Origin: an uncultured Acidobacteriota bacterium
Lineage (GTDB): Bacteria > Acidobacteriota > Terriglobia > UBA7540
DNA: 64,000 nt
Direction of reading: 5' to 3'
Assembly (NCBI GenBank): GCA_963804995.1
Contig: CAWDSK010000009.1
Span: 326,168-390,167, forward strand
The stretch's first letter is position 1. Each line of letters opens with the position of its first letter. The notes beneath the pieces were generated by a model, which worked only from the letters and a program-made list of their open reading frames with translations, was not told where the DNA came from and ran no database searches. This document shows positions 49,959-60,038 of the stretch, piece by piece. The translations under genes were made by a program, and so were the position numbers.

Positions 49959-52169
49959 ATGAAGCGGATCCCCCGTAGCGCCTTTGCCTTGCTTCTGGTT
50001 TGTGTGGTCCTCGCCACGGCTTTGGGTCTGCAGGCACGCGACCCGCTTGCCGACCAGGTCAGCACCTATCGCGACGAGTATGGAGTCCCCCACATCGTGG
50101 GCGACACCGAGGAGGCCACCTTCTTCGGTTACGGTTACGCACAGGCCCAGGATCACCTGGAAAAGATGATGTTGCAGTATCGCGATGCCCAGGGGCGGCG
50201 GGCGGAAGTCCTGGGCTCCGAGGCTCTGGGCGACGGCTACTTGCGATTTATCCCGCACGAATATCGCTGGGACGGTGACTACCTGCAACGGCTGCTGCGC
50301 ACCAAGCGGACTGTGGTCGAGCGCCGCGACCAAATCGACCCCCAGGTTTACAGGATTCTCTCCGGCTTCGCGCGGGGAGTGAATGCCTATATCGACGAGC
50401 ATCGGGCGGAAGTCCCGGCCTGGATCGACAGCATTACGCCGGAAGATGTGGAAGCCCTGGAGCGTAGCCAGTACCTACGTTTCTACAGTATCCATGAGGC
50501 ACTCAGCAAGCTGACGGACCTGCCGCATTCGTTCCCGAATCTGGGTTCCAATCAGTTTGCCATCGCGCGTGAAAAGTCCACCGACGGCCACATCATCCAC
50601 GTCGAACACACCCATATGCCGTGGGACAATCGCTTTCAGAATTACGAAGCCCACCTGATTACCCCGGGGAAACTGGACGCGGCGGGCATCAGTTGGTTCG
50701 GCAGCCCGTTCTTCCTGGACGGCCTCAACGATAAGATCACTTGGTCAGCCACCTGGAACACTCCCAACATTTCAGACGTGTACGAGGAGAAGCTCAACCC
50801 GCGGAACTCCCTCGAATACCTTTACGAAGGTGCGTGGCGCGAAATTGAAGTCACCTATGAGACCTTCCGGATCAAAGGGCCCCATGGATTGGAAACGCTG
50901 ACCCTGCCGTGCTACTACACGCATCACGGGCCCATCGTCAAATTCGATAAGGAAAGGCATCGCGCCTACGCGGTGAAGCTGCCCAACTACGACGGCGTGA
51001 ATTACTCCACCAACCTGTACCGTTTTATGAAGGCGCGGAATCTTGCGGATTTCAAGGCCGTGGTCGCCCTCCACCTCATGCCGCGCTGGAACCTTCTCTA
51101 CACGGATCAGGAAAACATCTATTGGGTTCACAATGCCAATGTCGCGGAGCGCGCGGACGGTTTCGACTGGCGCCAGCCCGTGCCCGGCTGGGTGAAGGCT
51201 ACCGAGTGGGGTCCTTACTTTCCGTTGGAGAAGTACCCCCAATTGCTGAATCCGCCCTCGGGGTTCATACAAAACTGCAACAACCCACCCTGGCTTTCCA
51301 CGGTCAACTCAGGCCTGTCGCCGCTTGAACCAGCTCCCTATTATTTGATCTCCGTCCAGAAGCCAGAAATCAGCCAGGAGGACCTGAACCCACGCGGGGA
51401 GAGGCTACTGAAAGTCCTGGCGCAGAACAAGCGGTTCACGCTGGAAGAGATGAAATCGTTGGCGTACGACACCTATGTAGTGCCCGCGGATGTAATCGTC
51501 CCTTTGCTAACCAGGGCGTTTGAAGGAAAGCAAAATGAAATTACCGACCCGCGAATCCACCAAACCATCGCGATCCTCAAGTCCTGGGACCGCCGTTCGG
51601 CCGCGGGCAGCGTTGCACAGACGGACCTTTATTTTTGGGCCCAGGCCTACCGAGATCTGTTTTCATCCGCGAGGCTCTCGCGTTTCCTTGCTTACGCGCG
51701 CTACGACATCAACCTTGAATCACCGGAAGAACAAGAGATGGCGCTCAAAGCGTTAGAGGAAGCCCTTCGCCGAATTGAGAAGAACTTCGGTAAGGCGGAG
51801 GTCGCCTGGGGCGAGGTGAACGTCGTCGAGCGGGGAGGCACTTTTGCGATGGATGGAACGGGCGTGTTTGATGTGCTCCATCCCGATGACGGAGCGCTAC
51901 AGGAAGATGGCAGGATTCACAGCGATGACGGCTGGGGGCATCTGCTGGTGGTGGAGGAAAGCAACCCCAAGAGGGCCTGGAGCCTCCTCCCTTACGGAGA
52001 ATCTGAGAACCCCGCCTCACCACACTTTAACGACATGACCAAACTGCACAGCCAAAGGAAGATGAAGCCGCTTTGGCTTTCGCCGCAAGAAATTCTGGCC
52101 CACACGGAATCGGTCTGGGGTGACAGGGATCGCCTCAAGAAATATCTGCCTGAGTCACGGCCCCATTGA
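49959..52169 (+). CDS. Penicillin/AHL acylase family Ntn hydrolase
   Basis: YRDEYGVPHI, GYGYAQAQD, GSNQFAI (beta-chain Ser), THHGP and NPPSGFIQNCN motifs. Confidence 0.92.
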   Translation: MKRIPRSAFALLLVCVVLATALGLQARDPLADQVSTYRDEYGVPHIVGDTEEATFFGYGYAQAQDHLEKMMLQYRDAQGRRAEVLGSEALGDGYLRFIPHEYRWDGDYLQRLLRTKRTVVERRDQIDPQVYRILSGFARGVNAYIDEHRAEVPAWIDSITPEDVEALERSQYLRFYSIHEALSKLTDLPHSFPNLGSNQFAIAREKSTDGHIIHVEHTHMPWDNRFQNYEAHLITPGKLDAAGISWFGSPFFLDGLNDKITWSATWNTPNISDVYEEKLNPRNSLEYLYEGAWREIEVTYETFRIKGPHGLETLTLPCYYTHHGPIVKFDKERHRAYAVKLPNYDGVNYSTNLYRFMKARNLADFKAVVALHLMPRWNLLYTDQENIYWVHNANVAERADGFDWRQPVPGWVKATEWGPYFPLEKYPQLLNPPSGFIQNCNNPPWLSTVNSGLSPLEPAPYYLISVQKPEISQEDLNPRGERLLKVLAQNKRFTLEEMKSLAYDTYVVPADVIVPLLTRAFEGKQNEITDPRIHQTIAILKSWDRRSAAGSVAQTDLYFWAQAYRDLFSSARLSRFLAYARYDINLESPEEQEMALKALEEALRRIEKNFGKAEVAWGEVNVVERGGTFAMDGTGVFDVLHPDDGALQEDGRIHSDDGWGHLLVVEESNPKRAWSLLPYGESENPASPHFNDMTKLHSQRKMKPLWLSPQEILAHTESVWGDRDRLKKYLPESRPH

Positions 52170-52236
52170 GGGGTGGCGAGGCTGCGGCCCCGCGGTTCCA
52201 AACCCGTGGTGAGAAATGCGGGCCATCACCACGACC

Positions 52237-53877
52237 TTACCGTATGACAACCTCACCCGCCCACATCCTTCTGATCGTCACGGCAAAATCTCCTCTGCCG
52301 AGATTCCTCAGCGTGTAGCCCTCCGCATTGAGGTCAGGACGCAAAGAAAGATTGACACCCTTGACCATGATCTGGGATGGGCGGAACGCCAGGTGAAGAT
52401 ACTCCGTCCCGGGGCCTTCGGTGGCCGTGTACAGGATCTTCCCGGCAGCATAGGAAACGTCCTTGAGCACTGTTTCTGAGTACAGAATATGGTTTTCGTG
52501 AGGCGGAGCCCATTCGGGAACCCCTGCGAATGCCGGGTAAAACATCCTGGGGCCCTCGCCATAACAATCAGACCACCAGTTGGAAATATCCTTGCTCACC
52601 GGGCTTTCAAACGCCTCCCCATCGGGTTTATTGCAATAGGTCACCCAGTTGAGAGAGCGGTAGGCTTTTTCCTTGTAGGCTTCATCACCCGAAACCGCAT
52701 ACCAGCGGGCGCACTCTGCGGCATAGCGCGCGGTTTGATAATCCATCTTGGGGAGGAACGAATCCTGCTCCCCCACGATATTGGCTCCCCATTGTGTCGC
52801 CGGCTCGCCGGGGGCACATCGATAAACAAAGTTGTCTTCCGTCCACTTGATCAGCCTGGGTACATCTTTCCGCCAATCGGGATTGAGTTCAGGATGATCG
52901 AACATACACAAGGTAAAATTACTGGCGCTCATGTTGCTCTTATAAGTATTGCTGTTGACACTCGTATCCGTGTGCCCGTCAGTCCAATACCCGGTCTTCA
53001 GAGGGTATTGCAGCAAGAAATCCCGGGCCTTCGCGCACGCCTCCTCATAGGCCCGTATATTGCCAAGCTGGGCTCTGGCAAGATGGTCGAGCAGCAGGTA
53101 AGAACCGATCCAATTCGCGCCATATTCGGCGGTAATCTTCCCGGTATCCATCACCACCCGGTAAGGCCACACCGAGTGGGCCGCATCGCCCCGGCGGGCA
53201 TGGCTCGCCAGTGTGTTGGCGACATTAATTGCGGCAGTCAGGTGTTTCCTCTCACCGGTGTAGAGGTACAACCGGTAATAGGCCAGCCCCATGTCACCCG
53301 CATGATCGACTTGGACTTCATGCAGAACGAGTTTCTTGCTGTTGGTAAAACCCCGGAATTCCATGTCGCCCGCGTTGGTCGTCGTGTAGGGAAAACTCGG
53401 CCAGGCGAAGGTGGAAGGGCTCGTACCGTGATCAATCGTGTAGTCCAAAAGCTTCTTCACGATGGTCATCACCGAGGTGTCACCCGTGTAGGCATAGTAC
53501 AAACGCCCTGACTCCAACCAATTCGGGATTTTTTCGCCCACATCGTTCATCCAGGTGTCCGCTTCCAGGGTTCCGTGCTTATTCCGGAACGCGCAATAGA
53601 AATAGTATTGCGGGTAGGACGATCTTGGCGGCGGGCCGGGGCAGTTGGGGACTTTGGTCTTTATGAAATTCCAGCGCAGGCGAAGGAAGTGATCGTAGGC
53701 ATTCTCAGGCGGCGCCGACCACGGAATGATTTTGTTCTGATCGTCCAGAATCACCCTGTGGCCATTAAACACGTCTTCGGCGAGGACTGGAAATGATCCC
53801 AGTTTGAAGATTGCCGTTAGTCCGAGCGTAACAACGCCGCAGATTACAATCCATTTCAGCCCACGTCTGGCAAACAT
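52237..53877 (-). CDS. Secreted hypothetical protein, possible (alpha/alpha)6 glycosidase-like
   Basis: Signal-like N-terminus and aromatic-rich helical repeats; family not recognised. Confidence 0.6.
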   Translation of the reverse strand: MFARRGLKWIVICGVVTLGLTAIFKLGSFPVLAEDVFNGHRVILDDQNKIIPWSAPPENAYDHFLRLRWNFIKTKVPNCPGPPPRSSYPQYYFYCAFRNKHGTLEADTWMNDVGEKIPNWLESGRLYYAYTGDTSVMTIVKKLLDYTIDHGTSPSTFAWPSFPYTTTNAGDMEFRGFTNSKKLVLHEVQVDHAGDMGLAYYRLYLYTGERKHLTAAINVANTLASHARRGDAAHSVWPYRVVMDTGKITAEYGANWIGSYLLLDHLARAQLGNIRAYEEACAKARDFLLQYPLKTGYWTDGHTDTSVNSNTYKSNMSASNFTLCMFDHPELNPDWRKDVPRLIKWTEDNFVYRCAPGEPATQWGANIVGEQDSFLPKMDYQTARYAAECARWYAVSGDEAYKEKAYRSLNWVTYCNKPDGEAFESPVSKDISNWWSDCYGEGPRMFYPAFAGVPEWAPPHENHILYSETVLKDVSYAAGKILYTATEGPGTEYLHLAFRPSQIMVKGVNLSLRPDLNAEGYTLRNLGRGDFAVTIRRMWAGEVVIR

Positions 53878-53918
53878 GATGGCTCTCCCTGCATGGATTA
53901 TATAAGGATGACTCTGAT

Positions 53919-55358
53919 TCAATCCGATTTCCGCGACTTTCCCACCAGGGTAAAGACAGCCTCTGCGGGCAGATCGAATTCCGCGAGCCCATCCTGCACG
54001 GCTACCGTCGCCACCTTCTGGCAATCCAACTCACGCGTGGTCGCGTAGAGGTCCCAACTTCCCGGCGCAGACTCCGTTCTGGGAATGGCGATCGTCAGGT
54101 GATTGGGACCTCCCTCCTTCACCCCGACCATCACCGGCAGGTTTGTGGAAGCATCCAGGAAGGCCGAAACCGTCAACCCTGGGGCCTCTGTGACCGCGGC
54201 GATTCTCCGCGAGCCAGGCCGCACGAAATGGTAAAGCTGCCTGGTTGCGTAGTAACTCTTCTTGGGGGAGTAAACGTGACTGGCGCTTCGAAACAGGCCG
54301 TAATAGCAGAGTCGCTTGGCGCACTCCTCGTAATCGTCGAAGGCGTCGAAGAAGAAGATCGCCGCAGCGCCTTGATTGAGAGCCGTCAGCGCTCGCCGGT
54401 TGGCGGCGAGAGAGAAGTTCTTCCATTGATTCTCAAACGTCTTGTCCTCATCGTTCAGGTCGCCGTATTCGGTAAGCCACACGGGCAGGTTGGCGTGCTT
54501 ACTGGCTTGCACTCGCGCCACCTGTGGGCCGACCGAATCCTCACCGTAAGTGTGATAAGTGAAAGCTCCCACCTGTTTCATCAACTCATCGTCTTTCAGG
54601 ATGGGGTCGGTGTAATCGGTTGTGACGATCGCCTGGTCCGCCACCGTAAGCCTTACGTCACCCAGTCCTTCTTTCTTCAAGCGGCGGGCAACGGCATCCA
54701 GGACCTTGGGCGCTTCGTCAGGATCGATGCGCGGGCCCTCGGGAGGGTAACAATCGGTTTCATTGAAGGGGCTGAAGTACTCAAAGTCGACATGCGCCTG
54801 GATGCGCGCGTACTCGACCATGGAGACCACCTCTTCGGCGAATTCACCGTACATCGCCGGGTTCAAGTGCCCTTGCAGATTAGGCGCGACCTTGGGCTGG
54901 CATACTCTATGCTGCGGCGGGGGCGCCTTGTCGTCGGTCATCCAAGCCGGAACCGGGCCCATGAGAGCAATCACGGGGCGAATGCCTTTGGAATTAAGGT
55001 AGCGGAGTCCCTTCCAAGTGGCCTCGAAAATCGGCGTGGAATAACGGTCGTTGTAATATTCCCAGTTCATGTCGTTGGGATCGTTATTATCATTGGTTTC
55101 CTCCCAGTTGCTGTAAACCAGGTAAGGAACCACGCGGAACATGGTGGCGCCCAGGTCGTCGATCAGCATGTTGAACATGGGCTTCTGGTCGTCGCGAAAG
55201 TACGGTCCGGTATAATTCACGCCGAATCCTTCGATGACTTGGAGACGCTGATCGGGACTGACCGTAATGCGGCTTGTGGCGGGATTCCCTTGTGCGAACA
55301 GGGTCGTGCCCATCAGCAGTGAAGCGATGAATGCAATTGTTCCATGATATGTTTTCAT
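53919..55358 (-). CDS. GH30-like (clan GH-A) glycoside hydrolase
   Basis: QVIEGFG, SPFNE acid/base and WLTEY nucleophile motifs. Confidence 0.8.
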   Translation of the reverse strand: MKTYHGTIAFIASLLMGTTLFAQGNPATSRITVSPDQRLQVIEGFGVNYTGPYFRDDQKPMFNMLIDDLGATMFRVVPYLVYSNWEETNDNNDPNDMNWEYYNDRYSTPIFEATWKGLRYLNSKGIRPVIALMGPVPAWMTDDKAPPPQHRVCQPKVAPNLQGHLNPAMYGEFAEEVVSMVEYARIQAHVDFEYFSPFNETDCYPPEGPRIDPDEAPKVLDAVARRLKKEGLGDVRLTVADQAIVTTDYTDPILKDDELMKQVGAFTYHTYGEDSVGPQVARVQASKHANLPVWLTEYGDLNDEDKTFENQWKNFSLAANRRALTALNQGAAAIFFFDAFDDYEECAKRLCYYGLFRSASHVYSPKKSYYATRQLYHFVRPGSRRIAAVTEAPGLTVSAFLDASTNLPVMVGVKEGGPNHLTIAIPRTESAPGSWDLYATTRELDCQKVATVAVQDGLAEFDLPAEAVFTLVGKSRKSD

Positions 55359-55661
55359 CTGCGGCCCTCACGATTGATAATGATGAAGTGTTCTCTTCCC
55401 GGGAAGGGTGGCGGTTGTGTCCTTCTGGAGGAATTAACAAACGGACTCCGGGTTTCTGCTGCCTGTTTCGGCTCAGGCGATCATTCCGATAGAGTTTGTT
55501 TCCTATGGCTTTGAAAAGACGCTTGACATATCCGCCAATTCGCCGCTCATTATATGCGCGTCTGAGAATGAAAGTGCTCAGAAATCGAAGGGGTCGCAAT
55601 CACGACCTGTCTCCGTCCCCGCAACGGGAGGCGTTAAGAAAATCAGGAAGGTAGGTACTTT

Positions 55662-56786
55662 ATGAAGATAACGAAGGTTGAAGGAATCGTCCTGCGCCTC
55701 CCGGTGAGGCAAGCGGTCGCGGATGGAACCCAGGATGACTTGCTCATCCGCATTGAAACGGACGAGGGCATTGTCGGTTACGGCGAGGTCGATACTTCGC
55801 CGGAGGTCGGCAAAGCGGTGGTTGACGCGGAGATGTCGCACGGTACTTGTTACGGCCTGCGAGAAATTCTGATCGGAAAGGATCCCACCGACATCGAGCA
55901 GATTTGGGAGCTCATGTATCGGAAGACGAATTATTACGGCCGCCTGGGAGTTGTGGTGCACGCCATGAGCGGTGTGGACATGGCCTTGTGGGATATCCTG
56001 GGGAAGGCTGCGGGCAAGCCCGTCCACAAGATGCTCGGCGGAAGTTTTTGCGCAGACGTGCGTGCTTACGCCAGCATGTTGATGCCAGAGAGCGTTGAGG
56101 AGGTTCGGGAATCGGTCCACCGCTACGCCGAGCAGGGTTTCACGGCGGTCAAGCTTGGCTACGGACCGCTGGGCAAGAACGTGCGAAGGGATATTGAACT
56201 TGCCACCGCGGCGAAGGAATCGGCTGGGCCCGACGTTGAGGTAATGATCGATATCGGCCACGGATACACTTTGAAGATGGCCCTGCAAGCTGCCAAGGAA
56301 TTTGAGAACCTCGGCATATACTGGATGGAAGAGCCTCTTCCGCCGGAGGCGATCGAAGATTACCGGCGCCTCTGTGATTCCACCTCGCTGCGCATTGCCG
56401 CCGGGGAGCAGGACGTGGGCCGCTGGACGTTCCGCCGGCTGATCTGGGATGCTCACCTCGACGTTCTCCAGCCGGATATTTCGAGAGTGGGTGGGCTTAC
56501 CGAAGCCAAGCGAATCGCTTATATGGCCCATGAGGCGAACCGCCTGTGTGTCCCGCACGCCTTCCGAACCGGCGTTCTGGTGGCGGCCTGTTTGCATTTG
56601 ATTGCGGCCATCCCTAACTCTGCTTTCCTGGAGTTTTCAGTGACTGAGTCGGCGCTCCGCCGCGAACTCTTGCTCCAGCCTTTCCAAGTTGTGGACGGCC
56701 GTGTGGCGGTGCCTACGAAGCCGGGGCTGGGAATCGAGATCAATCCGGAGACGGTCAAGAAATACGAAATTCGCACCGGGGCGTGA
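55662..56786 (+). CDS. Mandelate racemase/muconate lactonizing (enolase superfamily) enzyme, probable sugar-acid dehydratase
   Basis: ETDEGIVGYGE, SGVDMALWD, MID, WMEEP, AAGE and VPH motifs. Confidence 0.92.
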   Translation: MKITKVEGIVLRLPVRQAVADGTQDDLLIRIETDEGIVGYGEVDTSPEVGKAVVDAEMSHGTCYGLREILIGKDPTDIEQIWELMYRKTNYYGRLGVVVHAMSGVDMALWDILGKAAGKPVHKMLGGSFCADVRAYASMLMPESVEEVRESVHRYAEQGFTAVKLGYGPLGKNVRRDIELATAAKESAGPDVEVMIDIGHGYTLKMALQAAKEFENLGIYWMEEPLPPEAIEDYRRLCDSTSLRIAAGEQDVGRWTFRRLIWDAHLDVLQPDISRVGGLTEAKRIAYMAHEANRLCVPHAFRTGVLVAACLHLIAAIPNSAFLEFSVTESALRRELLLQPFQVVDGRVAVPTKPGLGIEINPETVKKYEIRTGA

Positions 56787-56847
56787 GGTTGAGCAGTGCG
56801 CAAGATCCGATACTCCTTCATCACATCTTACGCGAGTGAGGTATAGC

Positions 56848-57618
56848 ATGAAACTTGAGGGTCGAGTGGCCGTGATTACCGGGTCCGCCTCCGGCATCGG
56901 TCGTGCCAGCGCCAGGGAGTTTGCCAAGGAAGGCGCCCGCGTGGTCGTTGCGGATATCAACCTGGCGGGGGCTGAGGAAACAGTAAAGCAGATTGAAGCG
57001 GCCGGGGGCGTGGCGCTCGCGGTCAAGACTGACGTGGCCGCGGCAGAATCGGTCGGAGCTTTGGTTGAGCAAACCCTGCATTCCTTCGGCCGAATTAACG
57101 TGCTGTTCAACAATGCCGCGATTCAGGTCAACAAAACTGTGGAAGATACCACGGTGGAGGAGTGGAACCGCGAGATCGGCATCAACCTGGGAGGAGTCTT
57201 TCTCTGTTCTAAACTGTTTATGCCCCACTTGAGAAATATGAAAGGTTGCATTGTCAACATGGCGTCGGTCAACGGCTTTTTCGTGGAGCCCCTGTGCGCG
57301 GGGTATTGCGCCACGAAGGGTGGCATCATTGCCTTGACCAAGGCCATGGCCATCGATCACGGGAAAGACGGCATACGCGTCAATTGCATTTGTCCGGGCT
57401 ACATCGATGCGGGGCTTGCCTGGGAATACTTTGAGGTGCAGCCGAATCCCGCGGCAGCGCGCGCCGCAGCCGGCAAGCTCCATGCGCTCGGGCGGGTAGG
57501 GCAACCCGAAGAGGTCGGCCGCCTGGCGGTGTTTCTCGCGAGCGATGACGCTTCCTTCATGACCGGTTCGGCCGTCACCGTGAGCGGCGGCTTCGGGTTT
57601 GGACTGCCTCCCGCATAA
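56848..57618 (+). CDS. SDR family oxidoreductase
   Basis: TGSASGIG, NNAA and YCATK motifs. Confidence 0.93.
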   Translation: MKLEGRVAVITGSASGIGRASAREFAKEGARVVVADINLAGAEETVKQIEAAGGVALAVKTDVAAAESVGALVEQTLHSFGRINVLFNNAAIQVNKTVEDTTVEEWNREIGINLGGVFLCSKLFMPHLRNMKGCIVNMASVNGFFVEPLCAGYCATKGGIIALTKAMAIDHGKDGIRVNCICPGYIDAGLAWEYFEVQPNPAAARAAAGKLHALGRVGQPEEVGRLAVFLASDDASFMTGSAVTVSGGFGFGLPPA

Positions 57619-57670
57619 GCAATAAGGCGTTCTGTAGCGCTATCTCTAGTGGAACTGTAGGTGGTCTAAA

Positions 57671-59031
57671 ATGCGTAAATTGCGAATCCAAAGTCTTTTT
57701 ATTCTGATGTGCTCCGCGGCGACTATCATGTGCGGGGCGGCCGCGGTCACTTGCTTGGCCCAATCCACAATGCGGCCTGAGCCTTCTGACTGGTTCGCCG
57801 GCGACCCCCACTTGCATCGTGGGATCGGCTGCGGGCGCGCCAACGAGAAGGAAATGCTCACCCCGCAGCAGCTTCTCAGATGATGAAGACCAACAATCTC
57901 GCGGTCATCTCCGTCTTAGCCGATATCGGCAATGGGGAAGTCAAGTATGCTGAGAAGGATATTCCCTTCATTACGGGACAGGACAATCCGGCCTCGACCC
58001 CGGAGCACATCATTCATTGGGATGCCGAATGGCACTACGATCCGGAAGGCGTCACGTTCGAGAGAAAGGTTATTGGCGGGCATTTGATTCTGCTCGGGTT
58101 GAAGCACGGCGGATTGCCCTTCGCCGAACACACCTACCCGATTCTCCAGTGGGCGAAGGACCAGGGCGCGATCGGCGGATACGCGCACATGCAATATCTG
58201 CCTTTCGGCCTCTACCCGCCTCCTGATGGAATCCTTCAGTCGCTCGATTGCTGCGCGCCGCTGGAATATCCGGTGGAGACCGCGCTGGGAAGCTCCGCGT
58301 TTCTGATGGAGGACGTGCGCGGAGGCGACGTGGCGCTCCAAGGTTATTATCGAATCTTGAACTGTGGGTTCCGGCCGGGCCTCGCGGCAGGGACGGACTA
58401 CTCGTGCAACGGTCTGGAGCCCCTCGGGACGCTTCTGACCTATGTGCGGATTCCCGGCGGCAAGCTGAATTACGACCAGTGGGTGGAGGGGGTCGCCAAG
58501 GGTCGGACGGTGGTCGCGCGAAACGGCCACAAAGAATTCCTGGACCTGAAAGTGAACGACACAGCACGGCCGGGAGACGAGATTCGCTTAGCAGGGAAGG
58601 GTTCCGTCCGGGTGAGAATCGAATGGCGGTCCCTGGGAGGTGCAGAGGGCAGAATCGAGCTGGTTCATGACGGGGCCGTGGTCGCATCCCAAACCGCCGC
58701 CGTCGAGCCGGGCGCTCCCGTGGTTTTTGAGGCCACCGTGGATTTTACACACAGCGGGTGGCTCGCAGCTCGGCGGATGGACTGGCAGGGTGGCCACCAG
58801 ACCCACACGGGCGCCGTGTTCGTGATCGTCGATTCGAAACCTATCCGTGCCAGCTCGAGTGATGCGGAGTTTTTTGTTAAGTGGATCGATAACCTGATCG
58901 AGAAAACCTCTCCCGGCGGCGCCTGGAACAAGTTTTTCCCCCATGATCGCGACTCCGCGGAGAAGCGATATCGCGAGGCCCAGACGGTCTTTGAGCGCAT
59001 TGCCTCCGAAGCCAAGGCGCAGGGAAACTAA
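57671..59031 (+). pseudogene. PHP-like (CehA/McbA-type) metallohydrolase with a frameshift at about 57878
   Basis: WFAGDPHLH in the first frame; GGH, GGYAH and AAGTD in the second. One added base joins them. Confidence 0.75.
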
Positions 59032-59117
59032 GTCGCAGGGGCAGCCGGACCAACGCGGTTCGGGCCAAACTCGAAACACAAAGGATCGGGTGTTCGAACT
59101 GCCAAAGATCTTAACTG

Positions 59118-59921
59118 TTACGGCAGCGCGGGCGTCGAAGGGCTTTGCGGGTGGTGATTGAACGCCTCCGCGTACTTGCAGCCATGTTCATGTCCCCGCA
59201 TCTGCGCCATCAAATCATGCAGAGAGTAGATTGCGTCATACCACAAGGTGTCGGCCAACCAAGCTTCATGCTTGCGGTCGTTGACGGAGGTGATATCGAC
59301 GTAGTGGGTGGGGAAAAAGTTCTGCGTCTGTGTTCCTAGTTCCGCCTCCATGTAATAGAGCGCAAACTTTTTCCCGCTCCTCAGCCAGGCCTCATAGGTG
59401 AGCAGGGAAGCAGCCCGGTGGTCCATGTTGTAATCGATCGGCCAGTGGGTGAAGACGATATCGGGCTTGTACTTGTCCAACAGGATCTCAGTGAACTCTT
59501 TGTAGCGCTCGCCCGATATTTCTGCCCCATTCCGATAAACGATGGGGCTAAACTGGCCACTATCTGAACCACTATAGTTCAGGCAATCCAAGCGCATTTT
59601 CAGAATCTCAGCCATCCTCATGGCGTTCAGACGGTTCTTGACCTGGCGCTCCTGGGGATTCGCATTCGGGGCGGGCGGTGGGCCCCCGCACACCGATAGA
59701 GCTACCACGTCGTGCCCCTGATCAGCGTAAAGAGTCAGCGTTCCGCCGGCACAGGTTTGGGGATCGTCGAAGTGGCCTCCTACCGCAACCACTCGGAGCT
59801 TTCGTTCGGGCTCAGGGCGCTTTTCTTGCGCGCTCGAATTCATCGCGGGGAGAAAAGTTGCCGCAGCTCCTGCCAAGCCCGACGATTGGCGCAGCATCGA
59901 TCTGCGAGTCAGTTGTTGCAT
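59118..59921 (-). CDS. PIG-L/LmbE family deacetylase with Tat signal
   Basis: TRRSML, GHFDD, PDIVFTH..DH and YAEAF motifs. Confidence 0.88.
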   Translation of the reverse strand: MQQLTRRSMLRQSSGLAGAAATFLPAMNSSAQEKRPEPERKLRVVAVGGHFDDPQTCAGGTLTLYADQGHDVVALSVCGGPPPAPNANPQERQVKNRLNAMRMAEILKMRLDCLNYSGSDSGQFSPIVYRNGAEISGERYKEFTEILLDKYKPDIVFTHWPIDYNMDHRAASLLTYEAWLRSGKKFALYYMEAELGTQTQNFFPTHYVDITSVNDRKHEAWLADTLWYDAIYSLHDLMAQMRGHEHGCKYAEAFNHHPQSPSTPALP

Positions 59922-60038
59922 ATATCCTGAGAAGATTATCTGAAGAGTGAAGGCTGGGTGGCTGCCAGGGTTTTCCCTTTACAACGCTTTATAAGCCTTC
60001 ACAAACCTTCAAGAACCCTTATAAATACGCTCAAATGA

